From positions 898,892 through 962,891 of the forward strand of contig KV454014.1 of assembly GCA_001661245.1 (NCBI GenBank): a stretch of 64,000 bases of DNA, in the 5' to 3' direction. This stretch comes from Pachysolen tannophilus NRRL Y-2460. Lineage: Eukaryota. The notes beneath the pieces were generated by a model. The model was not told the origin of the DNA and did no database searches. It saw only the letters and a list, made by a program, of their open reading frames with translations. Position 1 is the stretch's first letter. The number at the start of each line of letters is the position of its first letter. Both the position numbers and the translations under genes were made by a program. Shown here in pieces: positions 1 to 12,701 of this stretch.

Positions 1-1277
1 TTTTTTTTTTTTTTCTTTTCAAAAAAAAATCTCAGTCATCGGGGACACATTGATTCCAATTACATTTGAAATATGTAGATCGTAAACTTTCTTTTTAGAC
101 AGATTTAATCTACACAAGTATGTATTACACTTTAAAATTACAGGTAATTTTTTTTTCTTTGATTCTTTCTTTCTTTCTTTCTATTGCTGTTGTTGCTGTT
201 GTTGTTGTTCTTCCTCTGTTTAGGTCTCAATTATAGAAGAAAAAAATTTAAGTATTGTTGTTTTCAAAAAATTATCAAAGTCTGTTCTAAATCTGAGATT
301 TCATGTAGTAACTTAGAAAAACATAACTTTAAGTATCTTTAAACTTTTTTTAAAAAATGCGAGCATAATTGAGATATAAAAAAGTTTTTTTTTTTTTTGA
401 AAAAGTGCGGTCGGTGTAAATATTAACAACTTTCTCTTAACTCTTGTGCTAAATTATTTTACGTGATGATTGTCTTAAATATCTTCCTGATTTAATTACT
501 TTTCATTTGAAGCAGTTTTTGGTTGGTTTTAAAAAACAGGTTCAAATAAATTATCACACATCTTTTTTTAATTATATATGGTAAAATTGAAATTAATATC
601 ATTCATTTATCTAGAACTCACCATACTTTAATTTTGAATGTTTAAGTCTGTTTTAGCTATTCTTTGTCGTTAGGGCAATCGCTTTTTTACTTACTAACTT
701 AACCTTAGTTAAAAATGTCGTAAAAAATATATGTATGTAAAGGATAATACTGCATGAGTTTGCATATTATGTGAATAAAATTTCATAGTATTAAAAAAAC
801 TATATAAAGGAAGTATTTTCGTGATGGAAAAATTAACATGATATAATAATATCTAACATTACTATTACGTTAAGAGTGAAAAGAGATCAGAAACAAAAAA
901 CAAAGAAACAAAATAAAAAAAAAAGGAATTGATAAATATGATTTCATTGATTTTACTGATTGATTGAATTATTTGACTGATTGATTGATTGAGAGAATGT
1001 GCGAATGAGCTATAATATGATAAATATAGATTACGCTTTATTCAAGGCTTTCGTGAGGATAGGTCTATGGAATTAACAAACGGCAATATATATTTTTATC
1101 TATGGGAAGCCAAAATTGAGTTATTATATTACGTTCTATATTTCGATAAGGGGTTTGAATTCCATTGTTTTCCAGTCATAGAGAAACCCGAAATCCGACC
1201 ATAGAAATCTGAAAATATAATTAACTCCGCACTTAAAAAGGCCATTAGCGATTGACATTGATCCAGATAATCATTTT

Positions 1278-1310
<33 letters not shown>

Positions 1311-3410
1311 GAAAAAAAAATAATTTTTAGTATACATCCATGCTGTCTCTTTTTTTTCTTTTTAATGATCTATCAAAAAAAATTTCTTTTTCCCACTACT
1401 GGAACTAGTTACAATATCAAGTAGCAGGAACGATAAATTGTTTATTTATTTAAAGTAATTTTGGGCTATGTTATGTTATGGTTTAACTGGAATAAATAAA
1501 CACTGGGCATAAAACTATAATTTTTTATTTTTTTTTTTACATGTAACAAGTCCATCTCTTTGTCCCAATAGTCCAATGTGCATACAAGAGACTAAATGAC
1601 TTGTGTCGTCAATCAATATAGATTTAAACTTAATTTTTCAATAGACAGGGTATTTACTCGAAGGTTCGGCGCGGGTTTAAGTTTATTAAAGTTTTTTTTT
1701 TTGAGTTTTTAAATTTGGTGACAAAGTCGAAATTTAACAAGAAAAAAGGATCAATGAAACGATGCCGTATTATCAATTAGAGTTCACAAGTCACGGTATT
1801 AGTTTTTAAAAATAAAAACAAAAGAGTCAACAGTATTATGTTTTTCTACTTGGTCAACTCCCTAAAAGTCATAAGCCAAACCAAGCAGCTCCAAAGGGTT
1901 CAAAATGCTTATTCTATTCTTTGTTGTGACGATGACTAACCGCACATAGGGGAAGCATATGAAGTCATAATTACATGTTAAACTTTTCAATTTGTTTATT
2001 GTGTTGATGACCGTACACACAACTAACCGTGCGCCGGGTTATGAGCGAAAAAAAAAAACAAAAAAGTAATTTCTTTTTTTGGGTTTTCTCTTTGTTTGTG
2101 TTTTCCAGATCTTCGGTTTAAGGAAGCAGCAATGCCTTATCTACCAAGTACAATAGGAATAGCCACCACCATGCAGTGGTGTATACTCACCAGGAATACG
2201 TGGCCCTCGTCAGTATTATCTTTTGAGATAACAATGTGTGAACAGAAAAAAAAAAAAAAAAGGATACCTTGGCACTACTATCTATAATCAATCAATCTCA
2301 AGGGTTTGGTTTATGTCATCCCATTCTCCTGTTCCATGCCTACCTACGCCGATGTATATGCCCGAGTTTCATCTATTATTACTCAAGCATTAAGTTCGTG
2401 TGGAGCTCTCGATATGCGGAAAAGGTGAGTTTTTTTTTATTTTTAATTTTTTTTTTCGATTTTTCATTTTTTGCCCATGTATGTTTTAGATCTAACTTTT
2501 TGTTAGAGTTTTATGCTGCAATAATCATTCTTAGAAGCTGCTTATTTCAACACTCAACTTTAAACTTTGATAGAGACTATCACGGATTTTTTACCTTTCT
2601 CTCTCATTTTCATTTTTTAGTCTCCTAAAAGAGTTTGTCCCTTACAATTTTATGATCTATCTTAAATGTTTATGAGAAAAAAAGGCAAGAATAGGCTGCT
2701 GTTAAAAGTATAGTATACTTCAGTGATGTCGTTTATTATTATTATTATAATTTTTTATTATAATTATTACATATACGTGCCATATTTGAAAAGATGGGAG
2801 AATAATAGTACTCTATACTTAAAAGGTAATAGCATTTTCAAAAATAAGAAAAGTTGGAGTCTTTTTTCTTTTTTTTTTTTTTTTTTGGAATTAATTAAGT
2901 TCATGAGCATATAAATACTGCTTTATTTCTCAGGTGATTTTTGAATATCTGTGTGTCCTGGTTTCATTTTGCCTTTTCAAATTTTAAATCACTTGTTTGA
3001 AACTACTGCTTTTTAAACTGAATTTTAGGAGGGAAAATTAATTATATTAACAAAAATTATAATAATTTTAATAATATTAAGATTATTATTTATTACCCAT
3101 AAAGATTAAGAAATAGCTAATAGCTAATAAATACCATCATACAAACAAAATTTCTCCCTTTTTTTTTCTTTCTTCAAAAATATAATTTTTTTTTTGTAAT
3201 ATTTTAGATATCGTTTAAATTTGTTTTGTTGTTGTCGTTGCTGCCACTGCCATATTACTATTATTACATTATTATATTATTATATTATTATATTATTATA
3301 TTATTCCTTTTTTGTTTTTGTTTAATAGTTTGTTTTGTCTCATTCTGTACTCCAATTGCTATAGTTAAAGTTATTTTAAATTTCCTTTTTGTTTTTCCAT
3401 CATTTAAGAA

Positions 3411-4892
3411 ATGTCATATAATAAAACGTCGGTTTTTGCTCATTTGCCCTCAGGTTCATGGAGGAAAGAATATGGGTCTGCTAACACCGCTTCTATTTTC
3501 ACGAACTCGTCTTCTGCCGCTGCCGTTGCTGCTGCTGCTGCTATTAATCATAAGGTACCAGATACAGTTAGAAAAGTTTCTATTCCAGATCTTTTGAATT
3601 ATGATTCAGATAATGGGTCGCCAGCATCAACATCGTTATCGGTTTCTTCATTTTCAATGGATTGTGAATCAGATTCTTCAATTACTAGACCTTCATCTTT
3701 TGAAACGGGTGGGTATGAGAATTATACAACAAGATCTAATTTGAAACCACTGCAACTTCATCTTAATGCTAATGATTACCACAAATTGCAACACAATCAT
3801 GATAATAATAATAGTATTAATAAACAACTTTATCTGCCAGTGCCAACTCTTCCAGTTAAAAATACTCCATTATTATTAGATAATGCAACAAATAGTTTAA
3901 AAAGAAAGAAAGATACAAAGTATTTAATAAATGCTAAAAAATCTCATAAAAAAGGGGTTAGAGAATTTTCCAAAAATATTACTTTAACACCAACATTAAT
4001 TGAGATTCCTTCTTTATCATTACCTCCTTTGAGACTCGCTAAAAGACATCATCATAAATCCTCAAATAAAGCAATCAAGATTCAAGAAAGAACAGGTGCT
4101 CAAAGACCACAAGGTAGACCATTCACAGTTAACATTAAAAGTAAATTTGTATTACATGATAATTTAATTACTTCTTTTTGTTATTTAGAAAGAAGAACAA
4201 TTTCAAAATTTTTAGAAATTGATTATAATAGTCTTGATGAAGCAGAACTTTCAAAACTTGTTGCTTCAAACGTTAATGGTAATTCATGTTCTGGTCTTAG
4301 TGCTACAAAAACTGAAAATTTTAAAGATATTCAGCTTTCTCCAACTAATCTTAGTTCACCAACATTTGAATCATCGTTCCAACCATTTTTAACAGCAGAA
4401 AATAAACTGCTGGCAAGCAGAATAATTGATAAATCTGAATATAAGATTCAACATGATGCTAAATTTATACCTGGGAAAATGAAACCATTAACCAAATCAG
4501 TTATATTTGATCCACCTGAATCGGATGTTTTAGATGAAAACGGACTGGAAAATGATGAGAATTTGAATTTTTACAATGTTTTAAAAAATTGTTTTAATAA
4601 CGAATTCTTCACTTTTATTAAAGTGATTAGGGATAATACAGGTAAAGTTGTTAAATTAGAGACTATTGAACAGCCAACTGTTAATGGCCGTATTTATTAT
4701 ACAACAGAATGGGTGAAAAAAGAGATTTGCTACCCTCGTTATAAGTCAAATATGAAAATTCACTTGACAAAGGGAAAACTTGAAAAATCAGTTATCTTGT
4801 ATAACGACCTTAGAATGTTATTATGGGATATTGATAGAAATACGAAAAGTCTAAGAGGAAAGCAATTATTTATTAAGTGTAATGATTCATAA
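3411..4892 (+). CDS. Hypothetical 493-aa fungal protein, possibly a transcriptional regulator
   Basis: Long ATG ORF with a Ser-rich/poly-Ala N-terminus, a KVSIPDLLN motif, basic patches and an ordered-looking C-terminal region. At least 3.4 kb of upstream intergenic DNA. No family recognised. Confidence 0.75.
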   Translation: MSYNKTSVFAHLPSGSWRKEYGSANTASIFTNSSSAAAVAAAAAINHKVPDTVRKVSIPDLLNYDSDNGSPASTSLSVSSFSMDCESDSSITRPSSFETGGYENYTTRSNLKPLQLHLNANDYHKLQHNHDNNNSINKQLYLPVPTLPVKNTPLLLDNATNSLKRKKDTKYLINAKKSHKKGVREFSKNITLTPTLIEIPSLSLPPLRLAKRHHHKSSNKAIKIQERTGAQRPQGRPFTVNIKSKFVLHDNLITSFCYLERRTISKFLEIDYNSLDEAELSKLVASNVNGNSCSGLSATKTENFKDIQLSPTNLSSPTFESSFQPFLTAENKLLASRIIDKSEYKIQHDAKFIPGKMKPLTKSVIFDPPESDVLDENGLENDENLNFYNVLKNCFNNEFFTFIKVIRDNTGKVVKLETIEQPTVNGRIYYTTEWVKKEICYPRYKSNMKIHLTKGKLEKSVILYNDLRMLLWDIDRNTKSLRGKQLFIKCNDS

Positions 4893-5716
4893 AAATAATA
4901 TGGCTTGTTTTTTTTTTACTTGAGGTGTTTGCATCCTATTTTGCTAGATATCAGATTGCTAGAAGTTATTATTATTATCATTATTACTATTACTATTATT
5001 ATTATTATTATTATTATTACTATTATTATTATTATTATTTTATCTGATAAAGGGGATTATATCATTCGATATCTTTCTCCATCTTTGATTTTTTACAGTT
5101 TTGTTTGTTTGTCTGTTTTGCTTTTTACTCTTTTTTTATTGTGGTTGAAAAAGAAATAGATCAGATAAATGGTTCATAATTTTCTACTTTTTTTTTTTAA
5201 AAAGAAAAAAAAAAAAAAAAAATTATCATATCACTTATTTTTAACTTTTCATATATATCATAAATGTTGTTCTATATTATTAGTCATATTTCAAGTTTTC
5301 TTCTCTTTTTTGATTTATATTTTTCGTTCTTCGTTCGTTTTTTTTTTTTTTTTTTTTTTCATTTTCATTTTCATTTTTGAAGTCTTTCGTTATTTCTTTT
5401 AGTGAGTTTCGATTCAATTCGTTTAGATATGTTTAGTAAAAATTTTTTTAGTTTTTTTTTTACTTTTCTATTCATTTTTTTCCTTCTGGTATTACAAATG
5501 GCTTTCTTTTCATTCCGAATTGTCTGTAAAACTTTTTAATACAACTATAATTCATTTATTATTCATACCAATTAATTAATCTACCTTTTCATACATAGAC
5601 ATATTTATGTATATAAAAACTTTTGATATCAAAAAATAAGATCTATAAAACATATATATTTATAAAGAAAATAAAAAAAAAATCCAAACCTATTAATAAA
5701 AAAAAGTAAAAAAAAT

Positions 5717-7063
5717 CTAACCATATATTAAATCTAAAATCCAACATAACCCTCCTCCATAAGTAATTAATTCCAATATTTTTTTCAAATAAAAAGGTTT
5801 AACTTTTTTGAAAAAATTTCCACATCCATTATTTCCTTCACTTTCAATACCATTACCCATTTTAACATAAACTCTAACATTACATCCACCCCAAAAATTC
5901 CACCATTTTGCTCTTTGACATGGAGAAACTCTATCCAAATTTTTATTCAAGGGGCCAGCAGGACCATTAATATATTTCCATCCAAAGGGAGACCATACTT
6001 GTCTCTTATCAGATCCAGGTAATTGCTTATTACCCCAATATCCTCTAAAATTTAACCAGTCACCATATTCATCCCTTTCCCTATTTGGAATTGATCCGTT
6101 AGCATATGTTACATTAATCCCTTTAATTGGATTAAATTCGGCAGTGTAAGCAAGATAATTCTTGGAAGGGTCCCATAATAAACCTCTATCTGTAAAATCG
6201 GATAATATTGAATAAGGTAAATCATGAGCATGTTGACCAACTGAAGCATAATTTGCATGAGTACCTCTTGCACTAAATAATACAGGTCTATTAATATCAG
6301 ATTCCAATTTTTCCATATGATCATAAAAATATGCATTTCCTCCACCATGAGCAGACATCCATACAATATAAGGTTTCCCATTATAAAACCTTACAAGACT
6401 ATGTTCCCAATCTCCCACATGATTACCAAATGGACCAACTCCCATTACAAAAGGACCAAGATTAAAACTATAAAAATAAAACCAAAATGCATCAACCCAT
6501 CCATTACCCTTATCTACAACAATTAATATTGCAGGGGAATGTTCAAGTTTACCATTATAAATATTAGGTTTATTTTCCACGCCTGTTATCCAATCTGGAT
6601 CATTATCAAAATCTGAATTTGAAGTTAAAAAAATTGGATTTTCAAAAATATTTGATAATTTACTTAAATCATTTATATTTAAAGTTTTACCATTTAATAA
6701 TTTCGTACCATCTTCAAACTCTGCATGAAAATTTTTAACATATTCTTTTATATCATAAGGTAAATATTTTTCTTCTGAATATAAATGTACCACAGGAGAA
6801 TAATCTATAACGTATTGAGGTATTTCGCCTGTTTTTAAAGTTTTTTGTGTATTTAAAGGATATGGAATAATCGGAGGTAACCCTTTAAAACGAACCGATG
6901 ATTTAAAAGCATTATCAACATGAACCCCTTCCGGCAATCCAAGCGATACTAGCTCAGTATAGTTATAAGCATCACCCAGCCAAAAAAAATCTATCGGAGA
7001 AGACAAAACATTTATCACCAATGAAAATACCAATATTAATAATTTTACCGAGACCTCCATCAT
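5717..7063 (-). CDS. VPS62: Vps62/Tda6-family protein
   Basis: Motifs PVVHLYSEEKYLP, WVDAFWFYFYSFNLGP, GNHVGDWEH, SAHGGG and SARGTHANY. The ATG at 7063 (MMEVSVKLLILVF) precedes a hydrophobic signal-like segment and is preferred over the ORF-track start. Confidence 0.9.
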   Translation of the reverse strand: MMEVSVKLLILVFSLVINVLSSPIDFFWLGDAYNYTELVSLGLPEGVHVDNAFKSSVRFKGLPPIIPYPLNTQKTLKTGEIPQYVIDYSPVVHLYSEEKYLPYDIKEYVKNFHAEFEDGTKLLNGKTLNINDLSKLSNIFENPIFLTSNSDFDNDPDWITGVENKPNIYNGKLEHSPAILIVVDKGNGWVDAFWFYFYSFNLGPFVMGVGPFGNHVGDWEHSLVRFYNGKPYIVWMSAHGGGNAYFYDHMEKLESDINRPVLFSARGTHANYASVGQHAHDLPYSILSDFTDRGLLWDPSKNYLAYTAEFNPIKGINVTYANGSIPNRERDEYGDWLNFRGYWGNKQLPGSDKRQVWSPFGWKYINGPAGPLNKNLDRVSPCQRAKWWNFWGGCNVRVYVKMGNGIESEGNNGCGNFFKKVKPFYLKKILELITYGGGLCWILDLIYG

Positions 7064-8057
7064 ACTAAAATATGAAAAGCAAAAGCAAAAAAAAAAAAAA
7101 AAATTACTTGCTAGGAATTTTAATTTTTTTTTTTTTTCAATATCTACCACTTTTTGTTTCTAATCAATATATAAATGAATCCAATCCAAAACTGATTATA
7201 ACAAATAAATAATAATAATAATAATAATATTAATAGATGATAATTAAACAAACATTATAGAAATTTAAATATATTATGTATGTATTAAATGTATGTAAGT
7301 AATAATAATAGTATTAAAGATGCTAAACGAGATGAGAATTAAATAAAAGATCCGCAAAAGAATTTGAATTTTTCTACACGACTTGTTTTTACTTTTGGAT
7401 CTTTAAAACAGTGTTATAAATTAAGCCGACAACCGATAACCGATTTTTATTTTATTTTCATTATTTTATTATTTTTTGATTAAAAAATTAAAATTTGACG
7501 TAAAAGTAGATAAATATAGTAGAATGAGAGTATTAAAAGATGTTTATTAATTTTTACTGTTTAAAAATTAATCAGTTGTTTTTTTTTTTTATCGATACTA
7601 CTTTGCCTATGTACTGTGAGTGTGTACAGTGGTTTTTTTTAAAAATTACAAAGCAACAACAAAAATAATAATTAGTAATTTTCTAGATGATATATAATAA
7701 TAAATGGATATTCTTCTTGCATGGACCTAATTACTGATTCAATCTTTATGATATTGTGTAATTGAAATGTATTGGCTAAAATAAAATAAAATGTCTTTTT
7801 TATCTCTCGTTCAAAGGAGCGCCACAGTTAAAATTCAATTTTTTTTTCTTTTTTTGCTCTTGAGCGGCAGCGGACAGAGTTACTATCTTGAGAGTTAAGT
7901 GGAGCATTGACTTTATGTCCAGTAATAAGTTGAAGTTGATTAGAATAAACGATAACGAATTTAACGAATTTAATCTTAGTAATTAATTATTACTAAATTT
8001 TTTATTTTTATTTTTTGGTTTTTGGTTTTTGTTTTCTATAAAAGATAATAAATAATT

Positions 8058-8096
<39 letters not shown>

Positions 8097-8536
8097 NNNN
8101 NNNNNNNNNNNNNNNNNNNNNNNNNNNNNNNNNNNNNNNNNNNNNNNNNNNNNNNNNNNNNNNNNNNNNNNNNNNNNNNNNNNNNNNNNNNNNNNNNNNN
8201 NNNNNNNNNNNNNNNNNNNNNNNNNNNNNNNNNNNNNNNNNNNNNNNNNNNNNNNNNNNNNNNNNNNNNNNNNNNNNNNNNNNNNNNNNNNNNNNNNNNN
8301 NNNNNNNNNNNNNNNNNNNNNNNNNNNNNNNNNNNNNNNNNNNNNNNNNNNNNNNNNNNNNNNNNNNNNNNNNNNNNNNNNNNNNNNNNNNNNNNNNNNN
8401 NNNNNNNNNNNNNNNNNNNNNNNNNNNNNNNNNNNNNNNNNNNNNNNNNNNNNNNNNNNNNNNNNNNNNNNNNNNNNNNNNNNNNNNNNNNNNNNNNNNN
8501 NNNNNNNNNNNNNNNNNNNNNNNNNNNNNNNNNNNN
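8097..8536. other. Assembly gap (N run) flanked by a (TA)n microsatellite
   Basis: Ns seen directly. Confidence 0.99.
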
Positions 8537-8618
8537 TATATTTATCAAGTTGATAGGTTTGTTTTGGGGGAAGGTGTTTTTTTATTTTTTTTTATATTTT
8601 TAAAAATTATTAAAAACA

Positions 8619-9743
8619 ATGGGGAACAAATCTAATAGTGTGTCTTTATCATCATTGAATGATGTTAATGAGATTGGAAGTTGTGATTTACTGTTTGATA
8701 AATCTATACTGGTTATAACATCGATATTATCTACTCAAACTCAATCAATTGCACATTTAACTTCTCAGTATAAAAATTCTAAATGGTCTCAACAACAATT
8801 AAAACAATCTTTAGATATAATGAATGAATCATTACGTAAAGGTGGTAAAATTGTTGTATCTGGTATAGGGAAATCTTATAAAATTGCTTCTAAAACAGTT
8901 GCTACAATGAATTCTTTATGTCTTCATGCTTCATTATTACATCCAGCAGAAGCATTACATGGTGATTTAGGAATGGTAAAAGAATATCAAGGAGATTGTA
9001 TGATTTTAATTTCTGCAAGTGGTAAAAGTCCTGAATTGATTCAATTATTAGCTCATGTACCACTTATGGTTCCAATAATTTTATTAACTTGTACAAAAGT
9101 TTCAATATTATCTCAACATCCTCAAGTGAAATCTTTATTATATGCAGAATTTCCTTCAAAATTTCATGAAGAAAATATATATGGATTATCAGCTCCTACT
9201 TTATCTACTACATTATGCTTATCTTTGATGGATAGTGTTTCAATTGCATTACTGGAATTACATGTTTCAGATATCAATATAAGGAAAAGACTTTTTGGAG
9301 AAAGACACCCTGGAGGTGCTATTGGTCAAGCTTATTCATTACCTTCATCATCTCTGCAAAGTTTAAAATCTTGTGCATCAATATCTGATTTAAAATCATT
9401 GGAAACAATTTCTCAAACTTCAGATGAATCTGCACAATCAAAAATAACTCCATCACTGGTAATACCTTCTGATATTGATGAATATACATTAAATTTAATA
9501 GATAATAGTCTTTCAGATTTAATTAAAAATTCAACAAATGTTAAATATTTACAAAAATTACCAAATGATGAATTGGAATTATTAAGATTAATCACTTTAT
9601 ACGATTTTTTAATTATTGATAATCAAAAAGGTATTGATTCTAAATCTATAATAGAAATTATTAGAGTAAGTCATCAACAAGGAGATCTGTGGAATGAAAC
9701 TACTTGGAAAATTCATGAAGCTACGAAAAGAATTATAGTCTAA
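8619..9743 (+). CDS. SIS-domain, KpsF/GutQ/KdsD-like sugar-phosphate isomerase homologue
   Basis: Motifs KIVVSGIGKS, LHPAEALHGDLG, ISASGKSPEL, APTLSTT and HPGGAIG. Confidence 0.85.
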   Translation: MGNKSNSVSLSSLNDVNEIGSCDLLFDKSILVITSILSTQTQSIAHLTSQYKNSKWSQQQLKQSLDIMNESLRKGGKIVVSGIGKSYKIASKTVATMNSLCLHASLLHPAEALHGDLGMVKEYQGDCMILISASGKSPELIQLLAHVPLMVPIILLTCTKVSILSQHPQVKSLLYAEFPSKFHEENIYGLSAPTLSTTLCLSLMDSVSIALLELHVSDINIRKRLFGERHPGGAIGQAYSLPSSSLQSLKSCASISDLKSLETISQTSDESAQSKITPSLVIPSDIDEYTLNLIDNSLSDLIKNSTNVKYLQKLPNDELELLRLITLYDFLIIDNQKGIDSKSIIEIIRVSHQQGDLWNETTWKIHEATKRIIV

Positions 9744-9800
9744 TAAAATTCACACATATAATATAATCAACTTGCTTAATACCTGAAAATATTGATTAAC

Positions 9801-9832
<32 letters not shown>

Positions 9833-10427
9833 TAATATTATTATTAATATACTTTATTATTACTCTTGTTAAGTAGTTACGCTTTTATTTTTATTTTTTA
9901 TTTTTTAATGTTTTACTTAATTTATCTGTGATTACTGCTCTTTCATGAAACTAAATACAGAATAATCTCTTCATGATGGTCTAAGCGAAAATCAACTACA
10001 AAACAACACACATTCCCAGTAAATTAATAATCAGTACTAATATAGCATTCTATTCATCTTTAGGGAAAGGAAATAGGTGAAGATGAAAAGAGTAGTGCAC
10101 ATGATGCAAAAACCACATTCAGTCGCTTTTTACGTGATGATGTTTTTTTTTTCAATAACAAACAGAAAAACAGAAAAACAAAAAAAAATTTATGGAAAGT
10201 AAACAAAGATACCAAATAATTAATTACAGAATTGATTTATGGGTTGCAAATAGAAGATAGATATTGGAATTTTTTTGTAATTAAACAAGCTGGTTCTTAT
10301 TTTATATTGAAGGAAGTGATTGTTTTCCAGGGCAAGAAAAAAAAAATTTAATAAAAAATAAATAAATAAATAAAAAATAAGCAAAGCAATTATTGTATAT
10401 TTCATTTTTACAATTAGCCGCGCTTAA

Positions 10428-12701
10428 ATGTCTGCTATAAAAGCAAATAAAAGATTAAATGAGCGCTTGAGTACAAGTACGCGAAAGAGTGTTTTACTTG
10501 ATAGAAATGAGTCGGATATAAGTCGAAATGATTCTTTGAGTTTGTTTGATGAGCCAATTGGTATTGATAGACAGGCAAGATTTGAAGAATGGATCAAGTT
10601 AACAACAGATAACAAAATTAATTCGACTAATAGTTGGGCTGTAGCCCTTATCGATTATTTCCATGATATGGATATTTTTAGAGAAGGTGATAATATTAAT
10701 TTTCTGAAGGCAAGTACAACTTTAGATGGTTGTGTTAAAGTCTATTCCTCGAGAGTTGAATCCGTGATAAGTGAAACGGGGAAATTATTAAATGGATTAT
10801 CAACTAAAAACCGTGATGATTCCGAAGAAGATGATGAAGATGATGACAATGAAAATATTAATGTCAATCAGGAAGGAGACGAAAACGGCGAATCCAGACG
10901 TAAAAATACACGTATTAATACAACCACTTTGAAAAAATGGAAAGAAATAAAAATGAGATCGTTGGATGAAGAATTATCTATTGATCCTTTATTTAAAAAA
11001 ACTTTGGCTGAATTTGATGAAGGAGGTGCAAAATCCTTATTATTAAATATGTTATTTGTTGATAAAGATGTGAAAATTATGTTTGATACCACATCTTCTG
11101 GTTTTGTTGAAGAAGAATTAGAATACAAATTAAATTTAAAAAATGAAGAAGGAGAAGGAGAAGTAGAAGATGGCGGTGATGATGACGTTTATAAAGATAA
11201 ACTCAAAAATGCACAAATTCCGTTTAATGATAACATAGATGTTTCGAATTTTAAATATTCTCTACTTACTGATGATTTTAAAGACCTTCATGTCTGTACT
11301 TTTACCCATGAATTATTAGCGGTGGTGAATGATATTGAAAAGGCAAAGACTGTATTAAAAGAAGTTACGCACGATAATTCATATAGCGCTTCTTTCTCGG
11401 CAGCTACCCACAATAAAGGAGATGATGGCGATGATGGTGACGGTGATGACGATGAAGGACTGGATTTTGGAGGAGGAGGAGGAGGTTTTAATGATTTTGG
11501 CGGTTCTAACGATAATATTGGTTCTTTAGATCATCAAGCTCAAGAAGTTCTCTTTAATGATGACTTTGAGGAAAGCAAACCTCACGGTGAAAATAATAGA
11601 AACGAAATGGATGCCATCTTTGATGATTCTGCCAACAGTAGCACTAATAAGGAAGATGGTTTTGAAGTTGAACAAACAGAAATGGATAGCGATATTTTAG
11701 GGTATTTTGATGAAACTTTAAAGAAAAACTGGGCAGGCCCAGAACATTGGAAAGTGAGAGCATTAAAACAAAATTCCAAGATATTGGTAAAGGAAAAAGA
11801 AAATGAGAATAAAATTGATGAAGATGGTAATAATATCAATTTCAATTTAATTGGAGGGACACAACAATTAAAACAAGACCATGAACAACATCAACATCTA
11901 CTGTCTCAAGTTACGCAAGATGCTACACGTACAAACAAAAAATCGAAAATTGATTTTAAAATTGATTTTATTCATGATATTGTAACTGATGATGAAGTCT
12001 TTAGACAATCAAAGAAGGCTACTATTGATATACCTAAGACAGCAAAAGCACCAGCTCCAGATTTGAATTTGTTACCAGATGATACTCATTTCACTTCTGC
12101 CAATTTAACGCAATTGTTCACCACGAGAAAACAGCAACTCAAGATTTTTAAAAAGAAAAAAATGAATCAGAACGATATTGAAAATGAACATGAGCCAAGA
12201 GAAATTGCAGATGAGAATTTTTGGGCAGAAAATTACAATAAAGATAACAAGATAGGAAACAACGATGAGGACAATAATAATGATAACCTGGCAAACAATG
12301 AAGGACCCGAGAATGATTTCGGTAATGGATTATTTGATGACGACGATGATGCATTTGACGATATTCCTCAGACTCAAGAATTTGGAACCCAATTGATAGC
12401 TGCAAAAAGACATAGAAGAGAAAACATTAATTATGCCAGAGTTAGTAAGAAAGTGAACATCAAATTGTTGAAGGATAATATTTGGAACACCATAAGTGAT
12501 AAACTCGAAACAACTAAATCAAATGATAAATTGGAATTTAAAGATATTGTTAGAGCAACTGTTGAGATTTACCCTCCAGAAACTAAAAAAGACCTATCAA
12601 CAAGTTTCCAGTTCATCAGTCTACTACACTTGGCAAACGAGCACGGCTTCACCATTGAAAGCAATAACGATCATTCCGATCTATACGTCAAGTTTAACTA
12701 G
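10428..12701 (+). CDS. BRN1: Condensin kleisin subunit (Brn1/Cnd2/CAP-H)
   Basis: Motifs DNKINSTNSW..LIDYF, KASTTLDGCVKVYSSRVES, DPLFKKTLAEFDEGGAKSLL, NWAGPEHWK, and C-terminal STSFQFISLLHLANEHG. Confidence 0.96.
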   Translation: MSAIKANKRLNERLSTSTRKSVLLDRNESDISRNDSLSLFDEPIGIDRQARFEEWIKLTTDNKINSTNSWAVALIDYFHDMDIFREGDNINFLKASTTLDGCVKVYSSRVESVISETGKLLNGLSTKNRDDSEEDDEDDDNENINVNQEGDENGESRRKNTRINTTTLKKWKEIKMRSLDEELSIDPLFKKTLAEFDEGGAKSLLLNMLFVDKDVKIMFDTTSSGFVEEELEYKLNLKNEEGEGEVEDGGDDDVYKDKLKNAQIPFNDNIDVSNFKYSLLTDDFKDLHVCTFTHELLAVVNDIEKAKTVLKEVTHDNSYSASFSAATHNKGDDGDDGDGDDDEGLDFGGGGGGFNDFGGSNDNIGSLDHQAQEVLFNDDFEESKPHGENNRNEMDAIFDDSANSSTNKEDGFEVEQTEMDSDILGYFDETLKKNWAGPEHWKVRALKQNSKILVKEKENENKIDEDGNNINFNLIGGTQQLKQDHEQHQHLLSQVTQDATRTNKKSKIDFKIDFIHDIVTDDEVFRQSKKATIDIPKTAKAPAPDLNLLPDDTHFTSANLTQLFTTRKQQLKIFKKKKMNQNDIENEHEPREIADENFWAENYNKDNKIGNNDEDNNNDNLANNEGPENDFGNGLFDDDDDAFDDIPQTQEFGTQLIAAKRHRRENINYARVSKKVNIKLLKDNIWNTISDKLETTKSNDKLEFKDIVRATVEIYPPETKKDLSTSFQFISLLHLANEHGFTIESNNDHSDLYVKFN

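Noticed and set aside
2096..3597. Short F/I/L/Y-rich ORFs in the ORF track (also 4905-5402, 19896-20448, 52988-53284)
   Set aside because: These are translations of poly(T), (ATT)n and other low-complexity intergenic DNA, mostly with TTG/GTG starts.
8036..8548. ORFs made of X residues (also near 37.3-37.9 kb and 60.1-60.7 kb)
   Set aside because: Artefacts of N gaps.
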